In this document: piece after piece, positions 8,688-18,492 of the stretch
How the letters are laid out: every line of letters starts with the position of its first letter
How positions within the stretch are numbered: position 1 is the first letter of the stretch
Source: Candidatus Bathyarchaeota archaeon
Lineage (GTDB): Archaea; Thermoproteota; Bathyarchaeia; 40CM-2-53-6; RBG-13-38-9
Reading direction: 5' to 3'
Length of the DNA: 64,000 bases
NCBI GenBank assembly: GCA_963807605.1
Contig: CAWECG010000003.1
Span: forward strand, 544,001 to 608,000
Made by a program: the position numbers and the translations under genes
Notes under the pieces: model-generated
What the model saw: the letters and a program-made list of their open reading frames with translations, nothing else
Database searches by the model: none
Told to the model about the DNA's origin: nothing

Positions 8688-10691
8688 ATGCGCGAAAAGT
8701 GCGCTCAGCATCAAATAAGGATCCTCCTCTTGACAGCCTTAGTCGTGCTCTTGCTTCTGCCAGGATACACACTGGCCCAGAGGTTGGATTCAGCGTACGG
8801 CAAACACACGATAGTAACTCCCCTTCAGAGAAACCTTGACGCTTACGAACAGGGACCTCTCTGTGTGGGATGCCATAATATGCCGTACCCTCTTCCTCCT
8901 GAGCAGGTGCCACTTTTGGTAACCCGCCCCGCATACGGACCTGTCGATATGGAGGCGGGATTGAAACGGCTAACATATAATTCAGGAAGAAATGTGGGAG
9001 CAGTCTGCAGTCCTAAGGAGAATAAGATAGTCTGGGAGACCGACAGTCTTGGCAACTGGACCATCTGGATAATGAATGACGATGGAAGCGACAAGAAGCA
9101 GTTAACTTCCGAGAATGTGATTAGCGGTTGGCCTTCATGGAGTCCAGACGGCCAACAACTAACATACTGGTCCTATGATCCAACATCAAAGACCACTGAC
9201 ATATGGAAGATGAATAACGACGGAACCTCCAAGGCGAGACTGACAACTGATGGAACCTTCAAAGGCTCTCCACAGTGGAGTCCAAGAGGCGACCGAATAG
9301 CCTACACAGCAAACACGACAGGAAACACGGAAGTATACATCATCAACACCAATGGAACCGGAGAAAGACAGATCACCCACAACCATACATCAACACACTT
9401 TGTAACAACACTCATCACCTGGCACCCAGACGGCCAACGACTATACTATCAAGTAATAACCTCCCCTCTCCCTCCGAATACTTTTCCAACTATAACTGGA
9501 GACGATGTGTTCGAAGAGATATTCGTGGTGAATGTGGACACAGGCTACGAGGCCAATCTGACTCCTCAACTACATGACTATGTTAGAAGCGTAAGCTCAG
9601 ACGGCAAGAAGATGGCCTACATCTCCCTACGCTCACCCAACTACGGCCTCTGGATAATGAATACTGACGGAACCAACCAGACCCGCCTCACCTGGGATGG
9701 TAAGGGTGACAGGGCTCCCAGATTCAGCCCAGACGGCAAGAAAATAGTATACTGGTCAGCGGATTTTGAAATCCCACCCAACATATATATGATAAATGCT
9801 GACGGAAGCAACAAGACATGGTTGAGCACAAGCCCATATCCGAACATGTATCCTTCATGGAGCCCTGATGGCAAAAAGATAATATTCGAATCAAGTAGGG
9901 TCGGCAGCTTCAACATATGGCAGCTCTCACTAGACAGAAAGATAGATGCTGATGTGAGATTCGATGCCTGCCTAGAGAGAGGAGGCAGGGGCATAGCCTC
10001 ATTGACCATCAAGCCAACAGTTAACACTAGCAGCTTGATAAGAGTGGAGAAGGTTGGGCTGCACTTCTACTGGGACGATGATGGTAAGTACATTGAGAAT
10101 TCGAGTTTGGCCCCAACTAATCTCTCTAGCCAGGGTAATGTATTTCAAATCGAATTCTTTGTTCCTGAGAATGCTACGCTGGGGTATCACTTCTACGATG
10201 TCAAGGTTCAGTATTCAGAGGTGAACGACGGGGTTCCCGGTCCGATCAAGGTGTATGAACACTCAGCCGGAGATTTGGAGGTGGGGACCCCAGAACAGGC
10301 ACAATGTGACAGACTTTACGTGGAGCTTGGTGGAAAGCTGGAAGAGCTCCATGGGCAAGCGATAAACCGCTCATTCGCGCTCGGCACCGCTACGTCAGAA
10401 GATACTTTGCCTCTGAAAGGGTACTTCGATTACCTCCGGGGAAAAGACGCAGAATCCTTCCTCAACGCAAACGATGAATTCAACGAAGGAAGATATCTGT
10501 ATCTTGCTGGAGACTATGGTTCAGCTCTATCGCACTTCCAAAGAGTGAAGACTCTTGTCAGTCAGATATCATTAGAATCGATGGGGCAGAGCCCATCCAG
10601 TTTGTCGGTTTTGCTGGCATTATTACCAGTCGCTTTGATCGTAGCCATACTCACCTTCCACATCACGCGAAGAAGAAGAGTAAACCAATAG
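8688..10691 (+). CDS. Secreted, C-terminally anchored TolB-like (PD40) beta-propeller protein with an N-terminal CxxCH motif
   Basis: Signal-like N-terminus, repeated P.WSPDG / W.MN.DG..LT, CVGCH, C-terminal TM followed by RRRR. Confidence 0.85.
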   Translation: MREKCAQHQIRILLLTALVVLLLLPGYTLAQRLDSAYGKHTIVTPLQRNLDAYEQGPLCVGCHNMPYPLPPEQVPLLVTRPAYGPVDMEAGLKRLTYNSGRNVGAVCSPKENKIVWETDSLGNWTIWIMNDDGSDKKQLTSENVISGWPSWSPDGQQLTYWSYDPTSKTTDIWKMNNDGTSKARLTTDGTFKGSPQWSPRGDRIAYTANTTGNTEVYIINTNGTGERQITHNHTSTHFVTTLITWHPDGQRLYYQVITSPLPPNTFPTITGDDVFEEIFVVNVDTGYEANLTPQLHDYVRSVSSDGKKMAYISLRSPNYGLWIMNTDGTNQTRLTWDGKGDRAPRFSPDGKKIVYWSADFEIPPNIYMINADGSNKTWLSTSPYPNMYPSWSPDGKKIIFESSRVGSFNIWQLSLDRKIDADVRFDACLERGGRGIASLTIKPTVNTSSLIRVEKVGLHFYWDDDGKYIENSSLAPTNLSSQGNVFQIEFFVPENATLGYHFYDVKVQYSEVNDGVPGPIKVYEHSAGDLEVGTPEQAQCDRLYVELGGKLEELHGQAINRSFALGTATSEDTLPLKGYFDYLRGKDAESFLNANDEFNEGRYLYLAGDYGSALSHFQRVKTLVSQISLESMGQSPSSLSVLLALLPVALIVAILTFHITRRRRVNQ

Positions 10692-10838
10692 GAGAAAGCC
10701 GAAAACCTCAAGAACTGTAGCCTCTACCTCGCGCGCTACAGAATAACCGAAACGACGACGTCGAGGTGGGTTCAGACTAGAATTGAACTATACAGTGAAA
10801 AATCAATATAGTTCGTCATCCTGAGTAATCCGAATAAG

Positions 10839-11576
10839 ATGATCACTCAAAGCACAGCTCTGATGTTTCTACTTGTGCTCTTGATCAGCCTAACTTTTGC
10901 ACCAAATGTGCAGGCACAGACGACGAGTATTACTAACCTACAATACCCTAACCAGGCAGTATTGCAGAACGGAGTAGCTCATGCAACCGTGACTTATACG
11001 GTTAGTTTTTCCGGTCTTCCCTCGGGTGATATTCTGGCTTTTGGTATCCTTTATGGAGGCACTACAAACTATGTTACGGGATCGGGCACGTCAACGCCTG
11101 ACTCTCCTCAGCCGGTTTTTGCAGGAACAAGGTTTGCTAACTCTGCATTCATCGCAACTCCCCCCGCTTCAAGTTTCGGGACAGAGTCTGTTTCATTCAG
11201 CCTTACATTCAACGCGCCTCAACAGCCCACTCTTATTGCTTTTGCTGTGATAGAGGATAAGACGTTCAAAGTAATTGGCGTGTCCACTGCTGAATCAGAT
11301 TTCACAATTTCTGTAACCGGTCAAGCTGTTCCAACAAACCCGCAAACGACTACAGTCCCGCAAACCACAACGCCTACATCCACACCCACAGAAACACCTA
11401 GTCAAACTCCACCGACAACAGCAACACCTACGCCTACCATAGGACCATCTACCGCTCAACCAAGCTTAGACACCAGTACTCTCGAAATGTTAGCTGGAGG
11501 GGTAATAGTCGTTCTTGTAGTTGCTGGAGTCTTCATCAGAAAGAGAAGGAAAGCCCCCACGAAGGCTTCAGAATAA
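10839..11576 (+). CDS. Surface protein with Thr/Pro-rich linker and C-terminal TM anchor
   Basis: Signal peptide (..VQA), TTPTSTPT repeats, TM followed by RKRRK. Confidence 0.8.
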   Translation: MITQSTALMFLLVLLISLTFAPNVQAQTTSITNLQYPNQAVLQNGVAHATVTYTVSFSGLPSGDILAFGILYGGTTNYVTGSGTSTPDSPQPVFAGTRFANSAFIATPPASSFGTESVSFSLTFNAPQQPTLIAFAVIEDKTFKVIGVSTAESDFTISVTGQAVPTNPQTTTVPQTTTPTSTPTETPSQTPPTTATPTPTIGPSTAQPSLDTSTLEMLAGGVIVVLVVAGVFIRKRRKAPTKASE

Positions 11577-11801
11577 ACTCACCAGTGGAGCTTTGTTTAT
11601 CTTATTACGCATCTTTGCCAAGTTTTCTATCCTGCTAACACTCTCTTCGATTGACGCTAAGCATCAGTCGTCCAGCCTAGCAAGCCTTCAGATTCTAGTG
11701 GTGGGTATCTTTTGATGAGGGCGGCCAAATCTGAACCGCTAGGCACTAGAGTACTAATTGCTGCATCCAGTAAATTCATTTGACCAAGCGCGATGTAATG
11801 A

Positions 11802-11820
11802 TGCGGCCGCCGGGACTTGA
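11802..11820 (-). repeat. tRNA-Gly-like 3' end fragment (att-like scar)
   Basis: Minus strand TCAAGTCCCGGCGGCCGCA = partial T-loop, T-stem and acceptor 3' strand; 16 nt identical to 33441-33456. Confidence 0.7.
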
Positions 11821-11871
11821 TTTGCCAGACATGAATTAGTACTCTAGTTGAATGGTTCAATTTTAGATGCT

Positions 11872-11942
11872 CTCACCAGTTATGGCACACACACAATTCT
11901 AACGTTCAAATTACGACCCTCTCACCAGCTATGGCACACACA
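11872..11942 (+). repeat. Two direct copies of CTCACCAG(C/T)TATGGCACACACA
   Basis: 11872-11894 and 11921-11942; inverted copies at 40965 and 42600. Confidence 0.85.
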
Positions 11943-12096
11943 ATTCCTCCCCTCATGTTGGGGAAAGAATTCCCCAAACCCCTTCTTTATTTTACGGATG
12001 GCTCGCTACGCTCGCTCAGAGATACACACAGCGACGCGCGCTAGATACTCAAATCTTTATGAACGTCTAAAACAAGCCAAAATCTGAGGGATTGTA

Positions 12097-12735
12097 ATGT
12101 TTGTCGGCCACTTCGCTGTGGCGTTTCTGTTAATGTGGCTTTTTCCGAATGTGAATCCACTAGTGCCGCTCATTGGCGTGAGCTTTCCCGATTTGCTTTG
12201 GCCATTCCTTGTTCTTTCAGGAGTCGAGAAAGTTTCTGTGAATCCTGATTCTCCGTTACAGAAGGATCTTAATTTTCTGAGTTATCCTTTCTCTCATTCT
12301 CTGGTCGTAGGGACAGTTATTGCGTCGGGCTTTGGGGTAATCCTCAGTTTGGTATTGGGTCCCTTGTCTGGTGCTGTGTTTGTACTTGCTTCCGCGTCTC
12401 ATTGGATTCTTGACATTTCAGTGCACATGAAAAATCTGCCAGTGACAGGGATGCGCAGAGATAGAAAGGTGGGGTTTGGATTGTGGGGGCGTCCAAAACT
12501 TGCCTTCATCTTGGAATATCTATTCTACGCGGTGATGACATTACTGTTTGTGCCGTCATCCCAAGTTATGGCGATATTGATTCTTGGAGGCGTCTTTCAT
12601 CTGATCAACTCCAACTCATTCTTAGGATTTACGAAGAGGAACCCTACGAGAACACCGAGAGCTTATGCTGGACTGACGTTGTTCGGATTCAGCGCCTTCA
12701 TCCTCGCCTTTGTGCTTGTTATTGGGAAGCTGTGA
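12097..12735 (+). CDS. Membrane-bound metal-dependent hydrolase (YdjM-like)
   Basis: MFVGH, PDLLW, YPFSHSL, SHWILD..H motifs. Confidence 0.8.
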   Translation: MFVGHFAVAFLLMWLFPNVNPLVPLIGVSFPDLLWPFLVLSGVEKVSVNPDSPLQKDLNFLSYPFSHSLVVGTVIASGFGVILSLVLGPLSGAVFVLASASHWILDISVHMKNLPVTGMRRDRKVGFGLWGRPKLAFILEYLFYAVMTLLFVPSSQVMAILILGGVFHLINSNSFLGFTKRNPTRTPRAYAGLTLFGFSAFILAFVLVIGKL

Positions 12736-12756
12736 ATCGAGTCTGAGGAATAAGAG

Positions 12757-13000
12757 ATGGAGGAAAAATCGAAATCCCTTAAACGCGTCTGGCTGGCACT
12801 GGGCCTGCCGCCCGTCTTTTTCCTGCTCCCATAGTCGTCGCGATGGTTTACTTCGGCGCGAAAGGCCAAACCGATCCGGGACAGATCAGCCACTCTGTGG
12901 CCAACTCCATGCCGTATGTTCTCGTCATCATCCAGCCCATTCTGCTCTTCTTCTGTGGCTGGGTCGTCAGTTCACCGACGCCAGCCAAGGTGTACAAACA
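12757..13000 (+). pseudogene. Frameshifted N-terminal relic of a membrane protein (possibly CPBP/CAAX protease)
   Basis: MEEKSKSLKRVWLALGLPPVFFLL, frameshift, then IVVAMVYFGAKGQ..YVLVIIQPILLF. Confidence 0.4.
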
Positions 13001-13112
13001 AAAAGAGGTTATCAATAGATAGATCTTAGGCTATGAAGTGGGGTTGACCTTTGTGCATGTGCTCTGAATACGGACTGGCTTAGGTGGAAGGCTTCGTCTG
13101 GCTGTCTGCGAC

Positions 13113-13397
13113 TTACCGTTTTCGCTTCAATTCTTCATATTCTTTTTCAGTCATTCTCTCCAGAGCAGCTCTTCCTGGAAAAACAAAGACAGCTAAGAAG
13201 TGAAAGAAAAGTCCTACTCCCCATCCCGCAAGTGGAAAAATAAACCATGGAAAACCTCTAGAGGTGAAAAACCAGATGACAAAGAGCAGAGCATTAATCA
13301 CGATATAAACCACAAAATGCCAATAGAACCCGAGTTTTGCTTCTGCACGTCTTCTCGCTTCCTTCCTCAATTCGGCATCTTCCAAGAGTATCCCCAA
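13113..13397 (-). CDS. 2TM-domain protein
   Basis: GFYWHFVVYIVIN..PWFIFP..GWGVGLFFH. Confidence 0.85.
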   Translation of the reverse strand: MGILLEDAELRKEARRRAEAKLGFYWHFVVYIVINALLFVIWFFTSRGFPWFIFPLAGWGVGLFFHFLAVFVFPGRAALERMTEKEYEELKRKR

Positions 13398-13543
13398 CAG
13401 ATAGGCGATCTATATCGTATATAACCTCTGGCACGGCTAACAAGTTATGCCAGAACCACTAGTACAGATCCTAACGCACTCAATTCATAACCGGCAACCA
13501 GACATGAGCGTGCGCATCTGTGTCGCTACTGTTAGAATTAGCG

Positions 13544-13918
13544 CTAGCCCTTAGGTCTTGACGACAGTGCAAGTGCACCGCCAATGATGCCGAGTATCGC
13601 CCCAACAAGGAAGCCGCTCATAGATCCTCCGAAGAGGCTAACGATGGAGAAGACTAGTATCATAGTTCCCCACATGGTACAGCACGCGCGCATGCCGTGC
13701 ATAGCTTCTCCAGGACGAATCTTAAGCATGATGGCGGAAATCAACACGATTATTCCCGATATTAATCCGAGAACCCTCGTTCCTGCCATTGCGGCGTAAG
13801 CTAGCTTCCCCATCGTCCCGATCCCCCACATCGTTGTATAGATGTTGCCCAGAATAATCAAGATCCCCGCAACTAGTGAGATGATAAATGCTGTTGTCAG
13901 CTTCTCAGTTTCTGACAT
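13544..13918 (-). CDS. Small 4-TM membrane protein (DUF4064-like)
   Basis: AFIISLVAGILI..GFLVGAILGIIGGALAL. Confidence 0.75.
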   Translation of the reverse strand: MSETEKLTTAFIISLVAGILIILGNIYTTMWGIGTMGKLAYAAMAGTRVLGLISGIIVLISAIMLKIRPGEAMHGMRACCTMWGTMILVFSIVSLFGGSMSGFLVGAILGIIGGALALSSRPKG

Positions 13919-14120
13919 CTTTTCACCTCTGCAAAGACTTCAACGTACAGAATATATAACCTGACTTCAGTGGTTACTATAGCAGAGCGGGCGCTGCAAT
14001 TTGATTTGTTTGTTCTTTGGAGATTCAACGAAGCCTGTGGATCGGCGAAATTTCATCCTTTGATACGCGCTCGTGTACCAATAAATATCAGAAAGCGGTA
14101 ATATCTTACGCTGATAATGT

Positions 14121-14357
14121 ATGCCTGTAGCGTTTGTCCTAATAAATGCTGAACTTGGAGAAGAGCAGGGTATCCTCAAGGAACTGAGAAGCATCCCCAG
14201 CGTCAAGGAAGCACACTTCGTTTACGGCGTCTACGACATCATCGTCAAAGTCGAAGCAGAGAGTGCGGAGAAACTTAAGGAGATTGTGACAGTCAGGATC
14301 CGAAGGTTACCAGATGTTAGAAGCACCTTAACCATGACCGTGGCTGAGGGCATTTAG
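14121..14357 (+). CDS. Stand-alone Lrp/AsnC ligand-binding (RAM) domain protein
   Basis: AFVLIN..VYGVYDIIVKV..VRSTLT. Confidence 0.9.
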   Translation: MPVAFVLINAELGEEQGILKELRSIPSVKEAHFVYGVYDIIVKVEAESAEKLKEIVTVRIRRLPDVRSTLTMTVAEGI

Positions 14358-14610
14358 AGCCCGCGTGCGTGATTGCTTTTTTGTCTTCAATTCTGAGATC
14401 CACAATTTACTAACAGCAGCGGATCATTTGCAAGTTGCTAGTCAAGAATTAGTTCGTCTCTTTCTTGGAAAGAAATACGATTCAGTTTAACCGCTGGGAC
14501 CATTATTCGGGTTAGATCTGGTAGCAAAGTGGGGTAAATTCTGGAAATTCCCTAAATAGGCTGTGATGCCATGCAGCTAAAAGAACACAGGATGTTGCTA
14601 GCGCGCGCTT

Positions 14611-14694
14611 GTTGATTTGGCAGCTCTGTTGGCATGGATCGTCGTGCTACAGGCACTAGCAATCATCGTATTGAACAAAAAGTCACGGGTTTAG
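14611..14694 (+). pseudogene. C-terminal relic of a third ABC-2 permease, starting at GCGCGCGC (14601-14608)
   Basis: VDLAALLAWIVVLQALAIIVLNKKSRV* versus VDVAALLVWVVVLQMLAVIVLNKKMEF* of 7708-8481. Confidence 0.85.
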
Positions 14695-14773
14695 TTAACT
14701 AGAGGCGTGATATCCAATCAGAAGCACGCTGGCTTGCTTTCGTTCTAAGGTCACGCGCGCGAACCTTATGGAA

Positions 14774-15133
14774 TCAGATTGATGTCCCTACGTACGATAC
14801 TTGTGTTGACTGAAGAGGTGTCTTCCCACTTATCCACTTAGCTTTAAACATTGAGAATCCGGGTAACTGATCTGACATAACAGTCGCATTTGCTTCTCCG
14901 TTAACCAACGTTAGTTTCACATTTTTAGATGAGTCTTTGAAGTGTATGCGACTTTCATTGTTTATTGAGAGTTCCACGACATCATCCCTGGAGGTTGCAA
15001 TCTGGCCTCCGTCGGTCACAGCGGCGACTCGAATTGTCTTTTCAGTTGACCTCTCTATTCCTGGCAAAAATATTACCAGGCGCGTTGCTTCTAGTTCTTT
15101 CTTCTGGTCGGGTTCAGACTTCGTTTTATCCAT
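14774..15133 (-). CDS. Hypothetical beta-rich (Ig-like?) protein
   Basis: MDKTKSEP..; same-length paralog at 40316-40675; related to 27946-28410. Confidence 0.7.
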   Translation of the reverse strand: MDKTKSEPDQKKELEATRLVIFLPGIERSTEKTIRVAAVTDGGQIATSRDDVVELSINNESRIHFKDSSKNVKLTLVNGEANATVMSDQLPGFSMFKAKWISGKTPLQSTQVSYVGTSI

Positions 15134-15172
15134 TATGCGGATCCTTCTAAAGTGATTGCAGCTACGCGCGCG

Positions 15173-15341
15173 TAACCGTTGAAGAGTAGGAGTAATAAGG
15201 CTTCTCATCATCCTTGGTGACGCCTAAGCCTATCAACACATCATCAGCATCAAGGAACCTGTAGAGTTCCTCACAGCTTTCGACCCGCCTCAAACGTTTA
15301 ACAAGCTCAGCCCTGAACATGCCAAGCATGACTGGGTATGG
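15173..15341 (-). pseudogene. Transposase N-terminal relic (DUF772, IS5/IS1182-like)
   Basis: PYPVMLGMFRAELVKRLRRVES.EELYRFL..LG..PY..SST, cut at CGCGCGCG (15165-15172). Confidence 0.5.
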
Positions 15342-15548
15342 GGCTCATCGATCTTCTCATCAAAAACTAGTATACGTCTACATGTTAACCAATAGAATAT
15401 AGCAAGAAGCTCGACCGTATGAATCAGTACTGCCTAGTTAGTGTCGAGAATGGTCTGATAACCCTAAAGACGATACGCAAGTCAGGTTTAACACGCGCGC
15501 GTTCGCGCCCATTCATGTCCTAGTGAGTCTCACTTTTCTTAAAGACAT

Positions 15549-15950
15549 CTAGAGCTTTGATATAGACACCGCAATTTTTGGAGGATTCATCAAAGTATTG
15601 TGGACAGTGCAATGCTTGACCATTCTGATGATTGCCTGCTCCAGATCGGGATTAATGTCTTGTTTTAGGCCTATCCTTGCTTTGACCTCACCGATTCTTG
15701 AGGGGTTTTTGGTCATTTGCCATTCCAAGTCTATTTTCATGTTCTCAGATGGAATTTTGTGGCGGTCACAGAAGATTTTGGCGTAGACTCCTATGCAGCA
15801 GCCTAGTGATGAGGCGAATAATTCAACAGGGGTCATCCCGGTGTCTTCACCTTCTTCCTCAAGAGGCTGGTCTGAGACTATTTGGTGTCCTCTACATTCT
15901 GCATTAAACTTCCAACGCCCTACGTTGGATATCTCTATGCGCATACTCAC
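15549..15950 (-). CDS. OsmC-family protein
   Basis: DQP..GEDTGMTPVELFASSLGCC..CTVHNTL. Confidence 0.88.
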   Translation of the reverse strand: MSMRIEISNVGRWKFNAECRGHQIVSDQPLEEEGEDTGMTPVELFASSLGCCIGVYAKIFCDRHKIPSENMKIDLEWQMTKNPSRIGEVKARIGLKQDINPDLEQAIIRMVKHCTVHNTLMNPPKIAVSISKL

Positions 15951-16076
15951 ATCTCTATCTGGGTAAGTTCACCCTCTATGACCAAAGCAATTCCCCGTGT
16001 CGATTACGTGCCAACGTACCTAATTGGCAGGCAAAGGTGTAACCCCAAGGTCCGTCTCGGCAAATGTCTACGTTTG

Positions 16077-16619
16077 CTAGACCACATCCAGCAGAATTTC
16101 GACAGTCCACTTTGCAGCTTTCCCAACAACATCCGGACACTTATCTGTGTGTCCTCCTGCTTTGTTGAATTCTTCACGTTCCTTGGGATCCCACAAGTTG
16201 TAGGATCTTCCCATGATCTTCGTCTGGACATCTTTGCAGAGGATGCTTCCATATTCTTCTATGAATTTGTCGTGGAGCTTTTTGGAAAGGGTCATACATT
16301 TCTCTCTTTGTCCGAGGTTTGGGAATTCTTCACGACCATATCTTTGACTTATAGCCGCCACACCGCCTGAAAGAGCACCGCACGTTCCGTTTCCTGTGCG
16401 ACCTAATCCTCCAGCCAGTCCATCGATCGCTTTAAAGATCTCCTCGTTTCTTTTTCCTAGAACTTCGCTGAAAGCTGCAAAGACACATTGTGAACAGCTA
16501 CCGTATTCCCTCTCAAAATTGAAACCTAGCTCATAAGCACGTTTCATCAAGTCTTCTTTGTCTGACTTAACCAAACACTTCACCATAGATTGCGTGAGCG
16601 GCAATAGCGTGCTTTGCAA
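16077..16619 (-). CDS. C-GCAxxG-C-C family redox protein
   Basis: CSQC..GTCGALSGG..C..C; paralog at 33602; true start may be downstream. Confidence 0.88.
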   Translation of the reverse strand: MQSTLLPLTQSMVKCLVKSDKEDLMKRAYELGFNFEREYGSCSQCVFAAFSEVLGKRNEEIFKAIDGLAGGLGRTGNGTCGALSGGVAAISQRYGREEFPNLGQREKCMTLSKKLHDKFIEEYGSILCKDVQTKIMGRSYNLWDPKEREEFNKAGGHTDKCPDVVGKAAKWTVEILLDVV

Positions 16620-16682
16620 TTAATGAATATTCCGAATCTACATGTACGATCTTCGATGTTTACCATGGAATGATAAGATACT

Positions 16683-17654
16683 TCAGTTTTGGTATGCCTT
16701 CTTTTTGAAACCTGCTTCCCATAGGAGCCTTTGGCACTGTTCAACTGAAAATCCTCTGCTTCCGATGCTCGATGTATCTCTTGGATTAGGGCCTGTCTCA
16801 GCCCAGATCAGGTTTGCCCCAGCAAGAAGCGACGCCAGGTTCGGTTCATGAGTACAGTGTGCAATTACTGAGTTCCCCATAACTATTCTTGTGATCGCGA
16901 CAATCTTTGCCAAGTCTATCCACTCGATTTCCCCATACTTGCAAAGTGGTGTGCCTGAGGCTGAGGTTCTCCTCATCGCTCCACTAAAGGCCACACCAAG
17001 CTCCTTGCCGAGAAACATCAGGTCAACAATTTCCTCGTCTTGATGTTCTGGACCTATTGGTTCAACGCAGAAGAAGACCTTCAAACCAGCCCTCTTCGAG
17101 TGCGCAATAGTTGCCTTCCTCGTTTCCGGGCTGATCTCTGTATCTTTTCCCTCCCTCAATCTCACTGCATGATAAACCGCTGTAAAGCCGGTGTCTGAGA
17201 GTTCCTGAGCCTCAGCCGACCCAAAATCACCAATATTGGCAACCAGCGGTATTCTTGGAGAAATCGCCTTCCTGACATCTCTTCCAATACTTATGTATTT
17301 ATCGAAGTCAAACCCCGCGGTCGTCATAAGATAGACGGCAGCAGCCCCAGCTCTCTCAAAGTCCTTTGCCCTAACAACAACCTCTTCCTTTCTGAGTTCA
17401 ATGTGTTCCAAAGCAGTGTTTCCGAAAACACAGAAACGACATTTCTTCGGGCATTGCGCATAATCGATCCCTATCTGAGCATGAACCTCACCCACACCAT
17501 CAGACATGTTTCTGGTGAGCCTATTCGCTACAAAAAACAACTCGTACATTTCTGAAGAGTGATGTTCGATCTCAATCAGCCTCAAACATTGGCTTCTCGA
17601 TATCTTCTCTCCAGCAAGAGACCGCTGAAGAATCTCCCTGACATTCTCGGCCAT
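16683..17654 (-). CDS. Radical SAM protein (biotin synthase-like)
   Basis: CPKKCRFC motif. Confidence 0.85.
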   Translation of the reverse strand: MAENVREILQRSLAGEKISRSQCLRLIEIEHHSSEMYELFFVANRLTRNMSDGVGEVHAQIGIDYAQCPKKCRFCVFGNTALEHIELRKEEVVVRAKDFERAGAAAVYLMTTAGFDFDKYISIGRDVRKAISPRIPLVANIGDFGSAEAQELSDTGFTAVYHAVRLREGKDTEISPETRKATIAHSKRAGLKVFFCVEPIGPEHQDEEIVDLMFLGKELGVAFSGAMRRTSASGTPLCKYGEIEWIDLAKIVAITRIVMGNSVIAHCTHEPNLASLLAGANLIWAETGPNPRDTSSIGSRGFSVEQCQRLLWEAGFKKKAYQN

Positions 17655-17741
17655 ATGTATCCGCTCAAGATACTCTACAGGTTTTTAGGCCTCATGCGCT
17701 CCGAGGGCTGTCCGCTTAGAACGCACGCATTCCTTGACTCC

Positions 17742-18116
17742 TCATTCGTTCAGGTGAGATTGGCACAAGCTATCTTCTGTTATTGGAAGGGTCTTGTCCG
17801 TCAGGTACGATTCAATAGCGTCTGCCACAGTTCCGGTGATCCCGCACCGCACCTCGATTCCTAGTTGTCTGCAGGCCGAATACGGACGCATCCCCATACC
17901 GGTTACTAAAATCAAACCGACTCCATTTTCCACAAGCATCCGAACCGTGCCAGCGCATTCAGTGTGTGCCGTGTTCGAAAGTGACTCGACATCCTTTATC
18001 TTCCCACTCTCCAGCTTTACTATCGCGTAAGAATCGCATCGCCCAAAGTGAGGTGATACAAGCGCTCCAAGATTCGCTTGACCGACGCAGGGTACCGCTA
18101 CTGTTCCTTTATTCAT
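17742..18116 (-). CDS. NifB/NifX-family (FeMo-co binding-like) protein
   Basis: VSPHFGRC..GMGMRP; start MNKG at 18116. Confidence 0.85.
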   Translation of the reverse strand: MNKGTVAVPCVGQANLGALVSPHFGRCDSYAIVKLESGKIKDVESLSNTAHTECAGTVRMLVENGVGLILVTGMGMRPYSACRQLGIEVRCGITGTVADAIESYLTDKTLPITEDSLCQSHLNE

Positions 18117-18130
18117 ATCCCTAACCGGGA

Positions 18131-18158
18131 TAGCGAATACATATTCATAACTAATAAA
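18131..18158 (-). promoter_or_regulatory. TATA-adjacent inverted-repeat operator TTTATTAGTTATGAATATGTATTCGCTA
   Basis: 26 of 28 nt identical to 26184-26211; related copies at 22088 and 22112. Confidence 0.75.
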
Positions 18159-18492
18159 TATTTTGAATTGGTAAAGTACATAGCGCAAGCTTAAATTGAG
18201 ATGCGTGTTGGCTAACTCCCGTCCGAGCAGTCTGTTGTTTTGAGCAGTGCGTGCAGGGGATGCCGACGACCCCTCGCTCATGATTTCGCGATAGTAAAAT
18301 AGTCATATATGCCCTGTACAAATACATCAAGCCCTAGGCAGACTCACACATCGACGACAACTGTTACTAAGTTCCATCTCTTTTCTTCCACAACTATTTT
18401 CTGACCTCGATCCTAATTACACATCAACAGAGTGCGCTAGAATCGATTTGGTGATGAGGCGCTCACACGCGCGCGAAACGAACGAAAGGACA

